In this document: positions 62,660-64,000 of the stretch, in pieces
Numbering within the stretch: the stretch's first letter is position 1
Layout: every line of letters starts with the position of its first letter
Source: Parvibaculum sp.
GTDB taxonomy: Bacteria > Pseudomonadota > Alphaproteobacteria > Parvibaculales > Parvibaculaceae
Direction: 5' to 3'
NCBI RefSeq assembly: GCF_045863935.1
Contig: NZ_BTVP01000007.1
Location: 38,161 to 102,160, forward strand
Length of the DNA: 64,000 nt
Made by a program: the position numbers and the translations under genes
Notes under the pieces: model-generated
Databases searched by the model: none
Seen by the model: only the letters and a program-made list of their open reading frames with translations
What the model was told of the DNA's origin: nothing

Positions 62660-62797
62660 ACAGGCGCGGCTTGTCCCCGCTGTGGCAGCGCTGCATGAGT
62701 GCCTGCAGAAATACAACGGCAAGAATACAACGGCACAAAAGCCACAGCGGCGGACGCAACCGGTGCCGATGAGCGACAGCGGGGATAAAGGGAGGGT

Positions 62798-63577
62798 TCA
62801 GTCGAGACCGAGCTTCCCGCGCTCCTCGGCCGCGAAGACGTAAGGCAGGGAGTAGAAGCCCGCGATGACCGCATCGCGCTGACCCGCCTGCGAGAGCACG
62901 TAGTCGAGGAAGGCCCTGCCCGCCTCGCTTTCCCCACCGCGCAGATAGACGAAGCGCGCGAGCGGGTACTCGGCGCGCCAGACGGTCGCCGCGCTGGGGG
63001 CCGCACAATCGCCGCCATCCGAAACACGAAGCGCCTTCACGCCGTCGCCACGATAGCCGGCGGGCGCGTAACCGATGGCACCCGGCGCCAACGCGATGGT
63101 GTCGAGGAGCATGGAATAGCGCGCGACGCGCGTAACACCCGGCGCGAAGGGCGCGCCACGGAGGACGGCTTCGGCGAAGAAATCGCCCTCGCCCGGTCCT
63201 GCCTCGCGCGCAAGCGGCAAGGCGGGAACGCCGCTTTCCCATTTCGGATTTTCCTCCGTATAGAGACGGTTGAGCTCTTCGAGCGAAATGCAGGCAAGCG
63301 GGTTCTCCGCATGGACGAGGATGGCGACGGCTTCCACCGCCGCCTTGATCCGCACGCCGCCCTCGACGGGACCGGTGCGCAGCGCCACGCCCGGCTGCAA
63401 CATGCGGAAACTTTCCGGCCAGAGAAGCATGAGGCTTGCCGGCGCGGGCGCGCCCTCGACCGTCGCCTCGCCCGCGAGGCCGGGACGGACGGCATAGTCC
63501 GGGTAGCGCTCGTCCACGGCGTAAGCGGGGGAGAGGGCGGAGAGGGAGAGGCAGGCAAGAAGGATGGCGTGACGCAT
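62798..63577 (-). CDS. PstS-family (PBP-like) phosphate-binding periplasmic protein
   Basis: Start MRHAILLACLSLSALSPAYA at 63577. Motifs VAILVHAENPLACISLEELNRLYTEENPKWES and IGYAPAGY are typical of phosphate-binding PBP-like_2 proteins. Confidence 0.7.
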   Translation of the reverse strand: MRHAILLACLSLSALSPAYAVDERYPDYAVRPGLAGEATVEGAPAPASLMLLWPESFRMLQPGVALRTGPVEGGVRIKAAVEAVAILVHAENPLACISLEELNRLYTEENPKWESGVPALPLAREAGPGEGDFFAEAVLRGAPFAPGVTRVARYSMLLDTIALAPGAIGYAPAGYRGDGVKALRVSDGGDCAAPSAATVWRAEYPLARFVYLRGGESEAGRAFLDYVLSQAGQRDAVIAGFYSLPYVFAAEERGKLGLD

Positions 63578-63615
63578 GGCTGGATGTTTCCGGTGGAGAC
63601 ACAAGACGTCAAGGC

Positions 63616-63646
63616 GTGACGGGGTTTTGCGACAGGCGCATGACGC
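63616..63646 (-). promoter_or_regulatory. Pho-box-like array upstream of the PstS-like gene
   Basis: The reverse strand reads GCGTCAT-gcgc-CTGTCGC-aaaacc-CCGTCAC and ends about 38 nt before the ATG at 63577. Confidence 0.35.
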
Positions 63647-63739
63647 CATGGCTACCGCATCCCCCGCCCCGGAAAATTCTGCCGAATTTTCCGACCCTCC
63701 CCGAGGGGAGGGTGGGACGAGATGCAAGCCTTCGCGATG

Positions 63740-64000
63740 TCATGACATCACCAGCACGGCGGCGCCGGTGAGGCGGCCTTCGCGAAGACGGGCGAGCGCT
63801 TCGTTTGCCTCTTCGAGAGGCAGCGTCTCGACGGTGGTGACGACAGGCACTTGCGGCGCAAGCGCCAGGAACGCCTCGCCATCCTTGCGCGTGAGGTTCG
63901 CGACGGAATGGATGGAGCGTTCGCGCCAGAGGATGTCATAGGGAAAGGAGGGAATGTCCGACATGTGGATGCCCGCGCAGACGACGCGGCCGCCCGGCGC
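63740..64000 (-). CDS. Zinc-binding alcohol dehydrogenase family protein (C-terminal part; 5' end outside the window)
   Basis: The reverse-strand reading frame is open to the window edge (APGGRVVCAGIHMSDIPSFPY ... EEANEALARLREGRLTGAAVLVMS), which is a typical MDR-family C-terminus. Confidence 0.6.
   Translation of the reverse strand, partial: APGGRVVCAGIHMSDIPSFPYDILWRERSIHSVANLTRKDGEAFLALAPQVPVVTTVETLPLEEANEALARLREGRLTGAAVLVMS

Overview
This is a high-GC chromosomal window that looks alphaproteobacterial: it carries a PhyR-NepR-EcfG general stress locus and a Cpa/Tad-type pilus locus. All calls come from reading the sequence and the ORF track by eye, with no database searches. In order along the window: (1) A type I R-M module (hsdS partial, hsdM) abuts tRNA-Arg(CCG) and a decayed inverted copy of that tRNA. 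(2) An FNR-like regulator sits next to a chemotaxis cluster made of a soluble globin-coupled MCP, a multi-PAS histidine kinase, cheA-REC, cheW, cheY, a cheZ-like gene, cheB and cheR. The cluster is punctuated by two strikingly AT-rich spacers. (3) A catabolic block holds an aldehyde dehydrogenase, MerR, a thiolase and a Zn-ADH, with a divergent TetR and a perfect 16-bp palindrome. It is followed by a DUF1302-type outer-membrane barrel, an AraC regulator, a metal hydrolase and a cytochrome P450. (4) Three paralogous Gly/Leu/Asp-rich repeat lipoproteins of unknown function are present. Two of them lie next to outer-membrane beta-barrel genes (DUF1302, and an orphan ShlB/FhaC-type TpsB). (5) A Tad/Flp pilus operon (cpaB-cpaC-cpaE-cpaF-tadB-tadC-TPR-lipoprotein-flp-tadE) has a soluble histidine kinase fused onto its tail. 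A separate tadG-like gene and two receiver-only proteins lie nearby. (6) An IS1595-like zinc-ribbon remnant. (7) A general stress response super-locus contains MgtC, DUF1328, CsbD, nepR-ecfG, phyR, a second nepR with an HWE/HisKA_2 kinase, a PRC-barrel protein and a hydrolase-OsmC fusion. It carries several GGAAC-N16/17-(C)GTT promoters, and one orphan promoter suggests a GsrN-like sRNA. (8) An outer-membrane/Pho block has a TonB-dependent receptor, an OprO/P porin and a PstS-like binding protein. It includes an orphan triple Pho-box array in a convergent intergenic region. No CRISPR array, rRNA, intact IS element or prophage was seen. The most unusual items are the repeat-lipoprotein family with its beta-barrel neighbours inside and next to the Tad locus, the orphan Pho-box array, and the orphan EcfG promoter with a C-rich hairpin.
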